A stretch of 64,000 nucleotides of DNA from Polyangia bacterium (GCA_030424595.1 JAUHWG010000011.1:65130-129129); one strand, 5' to 3'; shown: positions 40,444 through 49,931, counted from the stretch's first letter. Program-made: numbers and translations. The notes: generated from the sequence alone by a model not told the origin.

Positions 40444-42516
40444 CTAGGCCAGGGGGCTCTCGAAGGCCGGCGGCTTCCCTCGCATCATCGCCTTCACGCC
40501 GATCCGCGAGGTCGACATCGTCAGGCTCTTGGCCGCGCGCTCGCCCTCGAGCTCGCTCGCCTCGGCCCAGGGGAGGCCGTTGCACCCCTCGATGGTCGTC
40601 GCCAGGAGCTCGCGCAGCTCCGAGTCGAGCGGGATGCCCTGGTCGTTGCGGACGGCGGCGTTGCGGTCGACGACGATCTCGAGGGCCCCCTCGCGGAAGG
40701 CCGGGAGCTCGCCGCTCTCGGCGAGCTTCGCCGCGAGGGCGAAGCTCGCCTTGGGCAGCTCCGGGATCGGGACGATGGCGGAGACAAAGCCCCACTCCAG
40801 GGCCTCATCGACCTTGAAGGCGTGGCCGGTGAGGAGGCGATCGTTGACCTTGGCGTAGTGGGAGGGGTCGACGAAGCGGTGGATCTGGTGGCAGCCGCCG
40901 AGGCCGGGGAGAACCCCGACCGTGGTCTCGGGTTGGGCGAGGACGGTCTTTTCGCCGGCGATCCTGGCGTGGCACGAGGTGGCGAGCTCGAGGCCGCCGC
41001 CGAGGACCCGACCGACGAGGGCCGCGACCGTCGGCTTGCCCTGGCGGAGCTTGTGCAGCGTCGCCTTCCAGCCGTTGATCAGGGCGAGGGCCGCGTCATG
41101 GTCGCCGAGGACCGGGACAAAGCAGCCGAGATCCGCACCGTGGCCGAACTCGCGGCTGTAGACGCCGTCGGGCGCGAGGACGATCGCCTTGACGCTGTCG
41201 TCGGCGGAGAGCCGCTCGTAGGCCGCGTCGAGCTCGGCGATGAAGGTGTGATTGATCGTCGTCCGCTTGAGCGAGATCATGCCGATCCCGTCGTGAACGC
41301 TGACGCCGACGTAGATCTCGCCCCACGCGGCCTTGCCGGTCGCGGGGTCGAGGGCGGCTGTCGGGGCGACGGCCTCGGGCTTGGTGATCGACTGCTCCTC
41401 CAGGAAGGAGCGGGTGATCGCGGAGGCGGCCTCGGAGCCCATGGCCTCGATCTGCGCGGGCGGGCCCTCGCGGAAGGCGAGCGCCTTCTCCGCGAGATAG
41501 TTGAGCGCGTCGACGCCGACGATCTTGTGCTCGAGCATGTACGCGGTGAGGCCGAAGAGCATGCCCTGCATCCGTCGGCGGGCGGTCTCAAAGTGCTCCT
41601 TGGGGCATCGCTGCCCGCGCTCGTAGGGCCACTTGAGATCGGGGTCGTCGATGTAGGGCTGCCACGCGGTCGGGATCGCGTAGAGCGTCGAATCGATCTC
41701 CTCCTGCATGAGCTGCATGCAGTGGGCCGAGAGGCCGTTCGCGCCGCGGATCAGGTTGTGGACGAAGAAGGGCGAGGTGCCGAAGGTCTGCTTGCAGACG
41801 TCGTCGACCTCGGCCGGGGAGAGGCCGAGGTCGGCGTGAATTCGCACGGCCTCGAGCATCATCCCGCAAAAGAGACGATCGGCCGCGAAGCTAGGGACGT
41901 CGCTGACCGGGATGAGGGTCATGCCCAGCGAGCCGAAGAGCTTGCGGATCGCCTTCGCCTCCGCCTTGCCGGTGAGCGCCCCCTGGGTCGGCATCTCCCA
42001 GAGCTTGTTGGTCAGGTGGGGGAAGAAGGGGTGGAGCACGCCGCATCGCTCGCTGCCCGGCAGGCCCTCGAAGAGCTTCTTGGTGGTCAGGCCGCTGGTC
42101 GCCGAGAAGACGTAGGCCTCGGGATCCCGGGCCCGGAGGGCGCTGTAGAAGGAGCGCTTGAGGTCAAGGCGCTCGGGGATCGCCTCGAAGACGAGGCCGA
42201 CCTGGAGGCCCTCCGGGAGGTCATCGATGCCGCCTTGAACGATCGTGATCCCGTCATTGATCGCCGCGATCTGATCGGGGAGGAAGCGGGTCTTGAAGGC
42301 CTCGTGCAGGCGGGTCTTGATCTCCTGCACTGCCGGGGAGAGATCGAGGGCGACCACCGGAACGCCGTGACGGCCGAGGAGTCGGCCGAGCTGACCGAGC
42401 TTGCCGAATCCGACGTTTCCACAGCAGCCGGCGACGACAAGCGCACGCGTCGGACCGTCGGCATCCGGTTGGAAGATCGCTCTCACCGCGGGGTCGCTGA
42501 TCTGCTGCTTCTCCAT
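40444..42516 (-). CDS. Bifunctional 3-hydroxyacyl-CoA dehydrogenase (N-terminal) / enoyl-CoA hydratase-isomerase (C-terminal)
   Basis: N-terminal NAD-binding GCCGNVGFG. C-terminal crotonase fold (AALVGRVLGGGLELATSCHARIA). The domain order is reversed relative to FadB/FadJ. Start at internal ATG (MEKQQIS). Confidence 0.8.
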   Translation of the reverse strand: MEKQQISDPAVRAIFQPDADGPTRALVVAGCCGNVGFGKLGQLGRLLGRHGVPVVALDLSPAVQEIKTRLHEAFKTRFLPDQIAAINDGITIVQGGIDDLPEGLQVGLVFEAIPERLDLKRSFYSALRARDPEAYVFSATSGLTTKKLFEGLPGSERCGVLHPFFPHLTNKLWEMPTQGALTGKAEAKAIRKLFGSLGMTLIPVSDVPSFAADRLFCGMMLEAVRIHADLGLSPAEVDDVCKQTFGTSPFFVHNLIRGANGLSAHCMQLMQEEIDSTLYAIPTAWQPYIDDPDLKWPYERGQRCPKEHFETARRRMQGMLFGLTAYMLEHKIVGVDALNYLAEKALAFREGPPAQIEAMGSEAASAITRSFLEEQSITKPEAVAPTAALDPATGKAAWGEIYVGVSVHDGIGMISLKRTTINHTFIAELDAAYERLSADDSVKAIVLAPDGVYSREFGHGADLGCFVPVLGDHDAALALINGWKATLHKLRQGKPTVAALVGRVLGGGLELATSCHARIAGEKTVLAQPETTVGVLPGLGGCHQIHRFVDPSHYAKVNDRLLTGHAFKVDEALEWGFVSAIVPIPELPKASFALAAKLAESGELPAFREGALEIVVDRNAAVRNDQGIPLDSELRELLATTIEGCNGLPWAEASELEGERAAKSLTMSTSRIGVKAMMRGKPPAFESPLA

Positions 42517-42767
42517 GAGCCGGAGGATAGGGGCGCGGCTCGGGCGCTCGCCATGGCGCACCGTTTGAGCTTCCCCACAGCACGAGGCGTTATTTATGGT
42601 AGCTTTCTCTGAGCAAACTCGCACTTCTAAGCTCGGAAGTGTCAGACGACCTCTGCTCCCGTGGACCGCGTGCAGGGAAATACGCGATCATTGCTGTGAT
42701 GTTGCGTCTTGGCGTAGAGTCGCGAGCACGACCCGATCAACCGATCACGTGGCAGGAGATCTACCTA

Positions 42768-43024
42768 TGAAGCTCGACAGCAAATTCCTCGTGGCAACGC
42801 TTACCGCCCTTTCTTTCTTTGCTCCCGCTTGCGGCGGCGACGCGAAGAAGGAAGATCCCAAGAAGGAGGAGGCTAGCGCCGACGAGAAGAAGGACGAGGA
42901 GAAGAAGGACGAGGCCAAGCCCGAGGCGGCTGGCGACGAGAAGGCCGATGAGGCCAAGCCCGACGAGGCCAAGCCCGAGGGCGAGGGCGAGGGCGAGGAG
43001 AAGGAAGAGGCTGCTCCCGAGTAG
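42768..43024 (+). CDS. Small acidic K/E/D-rich lipoprotein
   Basis: Signal peptide plus lipobox (LSFFAPAC), followed by low-complexity KKEDPKKEE...EGEGEGEEKEE. Confidence 0.45.
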
Positions 43025-43125
43025 GGACTCCTTCCGTTCGGTCGTGCGGCTCCTCGCCGCACTTCAATCGAGGCGCCCCCATCGGGCGCCTTGTTTTTTA
43101 AGCGGAGGTCGATAGCCTGCGGCGG

Positions 43126-43857
43126 ATGCGTGCAGATGGCCGTCGCCCCGAAGAGCTCCGCCCCTATTCGATCACTCCAGGCTTTATCGGCCAGGCCCTG
43201 GGCTCGGCGCTGATCAGCGCCGGCCGGACGCGAGTGATCTGCACCGCCAGCCTCGAGGCACAGACGCCGAAGTGGCTCAAGTCCGGCGGATGGGTGACCG
43301 CGGAGTACTCGATGCTCCCAGGCGCCACCCGGCCGCGGGGTCGCCGGGATCCCGGCGGTCGCGGCAAGGAGATTCAGCGCCTCATCGGCCGCTCGCTCCG
43401 GGCCTGCGTCGACCTGCCTCGCCTGGTCGGCGGCGATCGGCCGCTCTCCATCGTCTGTGACTGCGACGTGATCGAGGCCGACGGCGGCACCCGGACCGCG
43501 TCGATCACCGGCGCTTATGTCGCGATGGTCCTCGCGTTCCGTCGTCTCCAGGCGGAGGGCCTGCTCGACGCTCTGCCGCTGCGGGCGCCCTTGGCCGCGG
43601 TCTCGGTCGGGATGGTCGCGATCGGCGAGGCGAAGGCGGTCCTCCCGGTGCTCGATCTTCCCTACGAGGAGGACAGCCGGGCGAGCGTCGATCTCAACGT
43701 GGTGATGCTCGGCGACGGCCTGGTCGAGGTCCAGGGGACCGGCGAAGACGGGGTGTTCTCGCGGACGGATCTCGCGCGGATGCTCGACCTCGCCGAGGCC
43801 GGCTGCAAGCGGCTCTTCGACCTCCAAAGCGAGGTCCTGGAGGCGGCGCTTGCCTAG
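43126..43857 (+). CDS. rph: Ribonuclease PH
   Basis: RPEELRPY...CTASLE...GGTRTASITGAYVA, the canonical RNase PH core. Confidence 0.9.
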   Translation: MRADGRRPEELRPYSITPGFIGQALGSALISAGRTRVICTASLEAQTPKWLKSGGWVTAEYSMLPGATRPRGRRDPGGRGKEIQRLIGRSLRACVDLPRLVGGDRPLSIVCDCDVIEADGGTRTASITGAYVAMVLAFRRLQAEGLLDALPLRAPLAAVSVGMVAIGEAKAVLPVLDLPYEEDSRASVDLNVVMLGDGLVEVQGTGEDGVFSRTDLARMLDLAEAGCKRLFDLQSEVLEAALA

Positions 43858-44527
43858 GACTCAGCGGCTCGTCATCGCCTCCGGCAACCGCCACAAGGTG
43901 ACCGAGCTTCAGCGAGCGATCGCCGAGGTCGTCCTGCCTGAGGGGGTCGCGCTCGAGGTGGTCTCGGCGACGGTCCACGGCGCCCTGCCGACGATCATCG
44001 AGGATCGTGAGACCTTCGCCGGCAACGCGACCGTCAAGGCGCTGGGGTTTGCGGGTTGGCTCCGGGAGCGTGGTGAGGACCCGTCGGCGCTGGTGCTCGC
44101 GGATGACTCTGGCCTCTGCGTCGCGGCCCTGGACGGGCGCCCGGGGATCTACTCCGCGCGCTTCGCCGGCGAGAACGCGGCGGACAGCGACAACAACCGG
44201 GCCCTCGTCTCAGCTCTCCGAGCGCTGAACCTCGAGGCCTCGCCCGCGCACTACGTCTGCGCGCTGGCGCTGGCCCGCGTCGACCTGGGACCCTTGGCCG
44301 AGGCCGACGGGGAAGGTGTGCGCATCTTCACGGGCCGCTGGGACGTCGAGGCTCGGGTGGTCGCGCGGGGGGAGGGCGGCTTTGGCTACGACCCCTACAT
44401 GTGGCTCGACGGACGGGCGCAGACCGTCGCCGAGCTCGGGCCTGATGTGAAGAGCGCCCGCTCGCACCGCGGCGCGGCGATGGTCGAGCTCCAGGCCGCG
44501 TTGCCGAGGATCATCGCCGGTCTCTAG
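43850..44527 (+). CDS. rdgB: Non-canonical purine NTP pyrophosphatase (RdgB/HAM1 family)
   Basis: LVIASGNRHKVTEL N-terminal motif and FGYDPYM C-terminal motif. Overlaps the rph stop by 8 nt, matching the conserved rph-rdgB pairing. Confidence 0.85.
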   Translation: MPRTQRLVIASGNRHKVTELQRAIAEVVLPEGVALEVVSATVHGALPTIIEDRETFAGNATVKALGFAGWLRERGEDPSALVLADDSGLCVAALDGRPGIYSARFAGENAADSDNNRALVSALRALNLEASPAHYVCALALARVDLGPLAEADGEGVRIFTGRWDVEARVVARGEGGFGYDPYMWLDGRAQTVAELGPDVKSARSHRGAAMVELQAALPRIIAGL

Positions 44528-44579
44528 CGGTCCGCGCCGCGATCGCGCGCCCTGTGTCGGCGAGCTTCGCTCTGTCAGG

Positions 44580-44720
44580 GAGGTGGGTGGCCATCAGCGC
44601 AGGCGCGAGGACAGGGCGCGGAGGACAGGGCGCGCAGGCGCGAGGACAGGGCGCGAGCGCAGGCGCGAGGACAAGGCGCGAGGACAAGGCGAGGACAGGC
44701 GAGAACAGGCGAGGACCGGC
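44580..44720. repeat. Degenerate tandem array of ~10-12-bp units (gcgaggacaggg / gcgcaggcgcgaggaca)
   Basis: Direct reading between rdgB and tRNA-Pro. Confidence 0.6.
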
Positions 44721-44887
44721 GAGGACAGGAGAACCTGACCGCGCTGGAGCGGCTGCGAGGAGTCCGTGCAGGGCCTCGTCGAGGCTCCTCGGCCGTCCCC
44801 TGGCCCTCTGGGACCTCCTGTGGGCTTTTCCGGGTCCGCGGCTAGACGCGGTCCGTGTCCTCGGGTATCTTCCCGGACCTCTTCAAT

Positions 44888-44961
44888 CGGGGCGTGGCGC
44901 AGTCTGGTAGCGCGCCTGCTTTGGGAGCAGGATGCCGGAGGTTCGAATCCTCTCGCCCCGA
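44888..44961 (+). tRNA. tRNA-Pro (anticodon TGG)
   Basis: Cloverleaf: acceptor cggggcg/cgccccg, anticodon loop cuUUGGGag, T-loop ggttcgaatcc. Confidence 0.85.
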
Positions 44962-44965
44962 CTCT

Positions 44966-45039
44966 GCGCTAGTAGCTCAGCTGGATAGAGCGTCGGCCTT
45001 CTAAGCCGAATGTCGCAGGTTCGAGTCCTGCCTGGCGCG
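44966..45039 (+). tRNA. tRNA-Arg (anticodon TCT)
   Basis: Cloverleaf: acceptor gcgctag/ctggcgc (one G-U pair), anticodon stem tcggc/gccga with loop cuUCUaa, T-loop ggttcgagtcc. Confidence 0.85.
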
Positions 45040-45051
45040 CTCTTTTTCGGT

Positions 45052-45176
45052 CCGCAACGGGCCTGGGCCCATGGCGGGCCTGGGCTCACAGCGGGCTTGG
45101 GCTCGCGGCGGGCCGACGGTTGGCGCGGGCTTGGGCTCGCAGCGGGCCGACGGTCGGCGGGCTTGAGCCCGCGGCG
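45052..45176. repeat. Three direct copies of a ~30-bp unit (gggcttgggctcgcrgcgggccgacggt) immediately 3' of tRNA-Arg
   Basis: Direct reading: cgggcctgggcccatggcgggcctgggctcacagcgggcttgggctcgcggcgggccgacggttggcgcgggcttgggctcgcagcgggccgacggtcggcgggcttgagcccgcggcggg. Confidence 0.65.
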
Positions 45177-45180
45177 GGTG

Positions 45181-47487
45181 CTAGCGGTCGGCGGCCCAGG
45201 CTCGCCAGCGCTCGATCGCAGCCGAGCGGTCGGCCTCATCCCCGTGCGGATCAAAGGCGAGGCGGTTGCCGGTCACCCGGTGGAGCTCCACGGCGGCCCA
45301 GCGCCGGACCGCCGGATCGCGGTGCTCGAGGCTGTCGATCATCCAGTCGATCCGGCTGCGGTCGCGGTTCGCCGCGAGCCAGGCGGTCCACCGCGCGCTC
45401 GCCATACCGAGGTGCTGCCCCGAGATCGAGCAGAGCGCGGTCAAGGCGGCGGCGGCGGTCTCGAGCTCGTCGTCGAGGGCGGCGATGAGCTCGCCCAGGG
45501 AGTCGATGTCGCGGATCGTGCCCATCGCCCGGATCGCCCGCAGGCGGCGGGTGGGATCGGGGCTCTGGAGCTCGCGGCGCAGGGCTTGGACGGCCCGCGG
45601 GTAGCTCGACTCCCCGTGATAGGTCTCGAGCACCCGCATCGCGATCGTCCGGACGTCGCGATCGTCGTCGAAGGCGAGGCGTGAGAGGGGCACGACCGCA
45701 TCAGCGGCGCGCAGCTCCTGGAAGAGGAGGGCGACGTAGAAGCGGACGTTGGCGTCCGGGTCGTCGAGTCGGGCGAGGATGAAGGGGGAGACCTCGGAGC
45801 CGAGGGCGATGCAGAGGCGCAGCAGCGGTCCGTGCGCGGACGCGGTCGGCAGGCTCTTGAGATCGCCGCGGGGAAGATCGAGGGGACCGGGGAAGAGCTG
45901 GGCGATCCGGATGAGGGCGGCCTCGCCGAGATCGCGGAGGCGGCTCGTGTGATCCTCGCGGCGCCCACCGGCGGCGATCGCTGAGGAGATCAGCGTGTCG
46001 ATCGTCGTCGACTGGGCCTGCCTGTGGACCAGGGTCGAAGGGACATAGCCGCTCGATCGCTCGCGGCGGGCGCGGGGCGCCGGGGCGTCGGGATCCGCAG
46101 CGTGATCGGGGGAGGGCAGCTCCGCCTTGGGGCTCCTCTGGAGGGTCGGGATGAAGGCCGTCTCGGTCGACCCGGCCGGCGCGGAGGGTCTCGGCGGCGC
46201 CTTGACGGTCGCACCGCTCGCCTCGGCGGGATCGCTGCTCGCCGCGACGGGCTCCGCCGTCCGGGTCAGGGATGGGATCTGCGGTGTCGTCCGCGTGGGA
46301 CGCTGGAGCTGAGGGATCACCGCCGCGTCGTGGCTCGGGCTGCGCCGGAGCGAGGGCAGCACCGCCGCTGGAGCTGGGGCCGGGGCTGGCTCCTGGACCA
46401 GCGCTGGGATAAAGGGCGGGTTCTCGCCGAGGGCGTGCTCGGGATCGGGCGCGTCGCTCTCCTCAGGCTCGACGGAGGCGCGGCGCAGACCCGGGATCAC
46501 CGGGATGAAGGGCCGTGGCTGGGCCGCAGGGGGGGATTCGACGGGCGACTCGGAGGTCGGCGCACTCTCGGTCGCCCTGGAGGACATGTCGACCTCGGCG
46601 TTGGCGAGCTCGGCGGCAGGGACCTCGGCGTTGGCGAGGTCGGCGGCAGGGACCTCGGCGTTGGCGAGCTCGGCGGCAGGGACCTCGGCGTTGGCGAGCT
46701 CGGCGGCAGGGACCTCGGCGTTGGCGAGCTCGGCGGGCGTCACGGGCGGGTGCGCGGTCGCGGCGACCGTCCCCTCCGTTGGATCGCCGGCGTCGACGAC
46801 GACGATGTCGAAATCATCGTTGGCCTCGGTCGTGGCGGGTCGCCTCGCTCGATCGTCCTTCTCGTCATCGCGGAGGAGCGGCGCGCTGTGGAGCGAGTCT
46901 TCGAGGGCGTCATCGTCGACGATCGCGAAGCCGCCGCTGACGTCGCTGAAGGTCTCGTGGGGCGCCGCGACCTCGCCGGTCAGGGAGTCCTCCGCCAGAT
47001 GGCCGCGGGCGCGGCGGATCGCCTGGAGGTAGTCCGCCGCGAGGGCGGAGTAGCGGGGCGGAGTGGTCGCGCGGTCCTGTTGATCCGCGATCAGGCGGAT
47101 CCAACACTCGGCGGTGACCGTCAGGGCCGCGCCGGGGAGCTGCTGCTGGACGCTGATGATCGCCTCGTCGGTGACCTCGGGGTGGAGGGCGACCCAGAGC
47201 CTGTCCTCGATCATCGCCAGGGGGACCGCCTCATGCTCCTGGATCCATGCGCTCGGGAGCATGTCCCAAGGGCGTCGCTGCGCCGGCTGTGTGAGCAGCT
47301 CGGGCGGGCTCGCGAGGAGCCCGCGGGCGCCGGCGAGGGCGGCGTCCAGCGCCTCCGGAGGGATCACCTCGAGCTCGAGGAGGGCGGTGTCGATGCTGCC
47401 GCCGTAGATGATCGAGCGCCGCTCGGCGTCGGCGACGTCACGCGCGGTGACCTGCTCGGTCTCGACCAGATAGTCTTGCAGCCTCAT
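45181..47487 (-). CDS. Protein with N-terminal GspE-N (T2SSE_N/MshEN-like) domain, internal (ELANAEVPAA)x6 repeat, P-rich disordered region and C-terminal HEAT/PBS-lyase repeats
   Basis: N-terminus MRLQDYLVETEQVTARDVADA... resembles GspE N-domains. HEAT-like units (DDPDANVRFYVALLF; DDDRDVRTIAMRVL; DPTRRLRAIRAMG; HRDPAVRRWAAVEL). 30-bp DNA tandem repeat at 46591-46740. Confidence 0.6.
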   Translation of the reverse strand: MRLQDYLVETEQVTARDVADAERRSIIYGGSIDTALLELEVIPPEALDAALAGARGLLASPPELLTQPAQRRPWDMLPSAWIQEHEAVPLAMIEDRLWVALHPEVTDEAIISVQQQLPGAALTVTAECWIRLIADQQDRATTPPRYSALAADYLQAIRRARGHLAEDSLTGEVAAPHETFSDVSGGFAIVDDDALEDSLHSAPLLRDDEKDDRARRPATTEANDDFDIVVVDAGDPTEGTVAATAHPPVTPAELANAEVPAAELANAEVPAAELANAEVPAADLANAEVPAAELANAEVDMSSRATESAPTSESPVESPPAAQPRPFIPVIPGLRRASVEPEESDAPDPEHALGENPPFIPALVQEPAPAPAPAAVLPSLRRSPSHDAAVIPQLQRPTRTTPQIPSLTRTAEPVAASSDPAEASGATVKAPPRPSAPAGSTETAFIPTLQRSPKAELPSPDHAADPDAPAPRARRERSSGYVPSTLVHRQAQSTTIDTLISSAIAAGGRREDHTSRLRDLGEAALIRIAQLFPGPLDLPRGDLKSLPTASAHGPLLRLCIALGSEVSPFILARLDDPDANVRFYVALLFQELRAADAVVPLSRLAFDDDRDVRTIAMRVLETYHGESSYPRAVQALRRELQSPDPTRRLRAIRAMGTIRDIDSLGELIAALDDELETAAAALTALCSISGQHLGMASARWTAWLAANRDRSRIDWMIDSLEHRDPAVRRWAAVELHRVTGNRLAFDPHGDEADRSAAIERWRAWAADR

Positions 47488-48101
47488 CGTCCCCCCGTCC
47501 CGGTAACTACGTAGGTTCGCGCCAGATGATCGTGGAGCCCTCGCTTCTCGCGATCAAAGGCGATCCAGAGAACGCCGAGGCCGCCCGGGAGCAGGCCCAG
47601 GAGGAGCCCGGCGACGCGGACGATCGCCCGGACAAAGCCGGGGCGTCCTCCGTCGCTGCGGACGACCGTGAGGCCGAGCGCGCGCTGACCGAGGGTCGAG
47701 CCCGTGAGCGCCGTGAAGAGCACGAGGTACGCGGCCGAGATCCCGAGGAAGGGGACCATCCACAGGAGGACGAGCTCCGGGGGCAGGGCCAGCCACTGGA
47801 GGGCGGTGTCGAGGGAGAGATCGCCGCGGACCGGAGGGGCGATGCCGATGGCCCAGTGGACCGCGTAGTGGAGGGGTCCCGCGGTCAAGAGGAGCGCGAT
47901 CAGATCGATCAGGCTGGCGATGAGGCGTCGCCAGAAGCCGGCGACTCTGTGGGGTTGAAGGCTCACGCCGCAGTGGGGGCAGGCTGGCGTCGCGGCGGTC
48001 TTCGCCGTGATCAGATCGGCCGACAGGGGTCCATCACAGGCTGGGCAGGGGCCTGGACGCAGCGCGGTCGACCACAGCGGCATCGGCGGCGAGGGTAGCA
48101 T
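47484..48101 (-). CDS. RDD-family membrane protein with N-terminal zinc-ribbon
   Basis: CPACDG...CPHCG zinc ribbon. RDD signature residues (R...D...D) within three TM helices. Overlaps the downstream HEAT gene start by 4 nt. Confidence 0.65.
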   Translation of the reverse strand: MLPSPPMPLWSTALRPGPCPACDGPLSADLITAKTAATPACPHCGVSLQPHRVAGFWRRLIASLIDLIALLLTAGPLHYAVHWAIGIAPPVRGDLSLDTALQWLALPPELVLLWMVPFLGISAAYLVLFTALTGSTLGQRALGLTVVRSDGGRPGFVRAIVRVAGLLLGLLPGGLGVLWIAFDREKRGLHDHLARTYVVTGTGGR

Positions 48102-48171
48102 GATTCCGCCGCAGCGGGCCCAGTCCAGACTCGCCGCGCCGGCCCCAGAGGAGCAGGCACCGCGCCCAGCG

Positions 48172-48888
48172 CTAGGCAGAGGGAGCCGCCGAGAAGAGCA
48201 GGCGGGAGAGGCCGACGAGCGCGGCGGTCTCGGTGCGGAGGATCCACGGGCCGAGGGAGAGGGGAGAGAGGCCGCGCCCCAGCGCCGCGTCGACCTCCTC
48301 GGGCGTCAGCCCGCCCTCGGGGCCGACGAGGAGCGAGGCCGCCGCCGTGCTCGCCTCCGCCTCCCTCTCGGTCTCGCCGCGGAGAGCGGTGGAGCAGAGA
48401 TAGCCCGCCGCGTCGCCGCTCAGCTCTAGGGCTTCGGCGAGGCCCATCGGGCCCAGGATCGTCGGCGGCGAGGGGCGCCCGCACTGGCGAAGGGAGGCCC
48501 GGAGCACCCGGTCGATCCGGTCCTGGGAGGGGGGTCTCCCCTGCGAGCGGGCGCAGCGGACGAGGATGATCCTCTCGGCGCCGATCTCGGTCGCGTGGGC
48601 GAGGGCCTGGATCGTCGCCGCTGGGTCCGGGAGGCCGAGGAGGAGCGTGAGCCTCCGGGGGGGCGCCAGAACGGCGATCGGGGCGCCGACCTCGACGGTC
48701 GTGCGTCGCCCGTCGCCGGTCGTGACGGTCGCCGACCAGAGCCCGCCGTCGCCGTCGAGGAGCTCGATCGTCGCGCCGTCGCGGGCCCGCCGGACCTTGC
48801 GGAGGTAGCGCGACTCCGCGTCGTCGAGCGTCAGCGCCTGCCCGGGGTGTGGCGAGCTCCCGGGCGGGGCGAAGACCCGGAGGCTCAT
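48172..48888 (-). CDS. rsmE: 16S rRNA (uracil1498-N3)-methyltransferase
   Basis: PUA-like N-domain plus SPOUT C-domain pattern (ILLVGPEGGLTPEE). Start at internal ATG (MSLRVFAPPG); overlaps prmA by 4 nt. Confidence 0.8.
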   Translation of the reverse strand: MSLRVFAPPGSSPHPGQALTLDDAESRYLRKVRRARDGATIELLDGDGGLWSATVTTGDGRRTTVEVGAPIAVLAPPRRLTLLLGLPDPAATIQALAHATEIGAERIILVRCARSQGRPPSQDRIDRVLRASLRQCGRPSPPTILGPMGLAEALELSGDAAGYLCSTALRGETEREAEASTAAASLLVGPEGGLTPEEVDAALGRGLSPLSLGPWILRTETAALVGLSRLLFSAAPSA

Positions 48889-49784
48889 CCGGCGCACCGG
48901 AGGTGGAGGGCGATCCACTCGCCGTCGATCCGGCTGCCGGCGAGCTCCAGGCCGCAGGCGAGGTAGGCCGCCGTGACCTCGTCTCCCTCCTCGATGAGAA
49001 CGCCGCTGACGAGCAGATCCCCCTGCGGGGCGAGGCGCGCGGCGATCTCCTTCGCCGCCGGGATCAGCACCGAGGGGCGGATGTTGGCGAAGAGGAGATC
49101 GTAGTGACCTTCGGCATCGTCGACGGTGCCGGTGTGGAGCTCGATCGTCGTGATCCCGTTGAGCTCGGCGTTCTCCGCCGCGGTCGCGGTCGCCTCGCTG
49201 TCGATGTCGATCGCGACCAGGCGGGTGATCTCGGGGAAGAGGCGCGCCGCCGCGAGGGCGAGGATCCCGGATCCACAGCCGAGGTCGAGGACACGACGGG
49301 GCGGTGTCGCCGGTGCGAGCTCGCAGACCAGGTTGAGGCAGAGGCGGGTGCTCTCATGCTGTCCGGTGCCGAACGCCCGTCCGGGGTCCAGCACCAGCTC
49401 GCGCTCGGGATCCCCGGGGCGGCGGGGGAGCCAGCTCGGCCGGAGGAGGAGCGCGCCATCGCCGAAGATGATCGGCGCGTAGAACTGCTTCCAGCTGTCG
49501 TGCCAGTCGTCGTCGTCGCGGATCTCGGCGGTGATCTGCAGATCGAGCCCGAGGGCGCCAGCGAGGGCGCCTACGCGGGGGCGTAGCCCGTTGATGGCGC
49601 TCGGCTCGGTATAGACAATGAGCTGCGGGGTGCGGTCATTCCCCCCCAGGGTTGTCCCATCACGGACCTCGACCCCGCTCACATCATCATCCTCAGCGAG
49701 GAGCGCCGCGAGGGCGTCACGCAGCTCCTCAGCGTCGTCACAGGGGCTGATATCGAGGGTTAGGGTCGCCCACTCAAGCTGCAT
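48885..49784 (-). CDS. prmA: Ribosomal protein L11 methyltransferase
   Basis: VLDLGCGSGILALAAARL SAM motif and PrmA-type N-domain. Confidence 0.85.
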   Translation of the reverse strand: MQLEWATLTLDISPCDDAEELRDALAALLAEDDDVSGVEVRDGTTLGGNDRTPQLIVYTEPSAINGLRPRVGALAGALGLDLQITAEIRDDDDWHDSWKQFYAPIIFGDGALLLRPSWLPRRPGDPERELVLDPGRAFGTGQHESTRLCLNLVCELAPATPPRRVLDLGCGSGILALAAARLFPEITRLVAIDIDSEATATAAENAELNGITTIELHTGTVDDAEGHYDLLFANIRPSVLIPAAKEIAARLAPQGDLLVSGVLIEEGDEVTAAYLACGLELAGSRIDGEWIALHLRCAG

Positions 49785-49910
49785 AGTTCGATCCTCGGAC
49801 CACGAAAGCGTCGGTCTCTACCACAGCGCACCGATGCACGCTGATCGGATGCGCGATTTTAGCTGGATAAATGTCCGCGATGGTGTAGAAACGCTCCACA
49901 GACCAGCATA

Positions 49911-49931
49911 TGACGACGTGGAGGACACGTC
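49911..49931. promoter_or_regulatory. Palindrome acgacgtg-gagga-cacgtcgt immediately upstream of the RBS of the small low-GC gene
   Basis: Direct reading. Followed by gaagggggaggatcATG. Confidence 0.3.

Noticed and set aside
42596-42767. Upstream part of ORF 42596-43024 preceding the small acidic lipoprotein
   Set aside because: The signal peptide and lipobox start at the internal ATG 42768. The upstream part overlaps the 5' end of the divergent 3-hydroxyacyl-CoA dehydrogenase/enoyl-CoA hydratase gene.
44888-45180. Integrated prophage or genomic island at the tRNA-Pro/tRNA-Arg pair
   Set aside because: There is no integrase, excisionase or phage gene on either side, and the flanking genes are housekeeping (rph-rdgB; prmA operon). 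Only short repeats are present, so at most this is an ancient scar.
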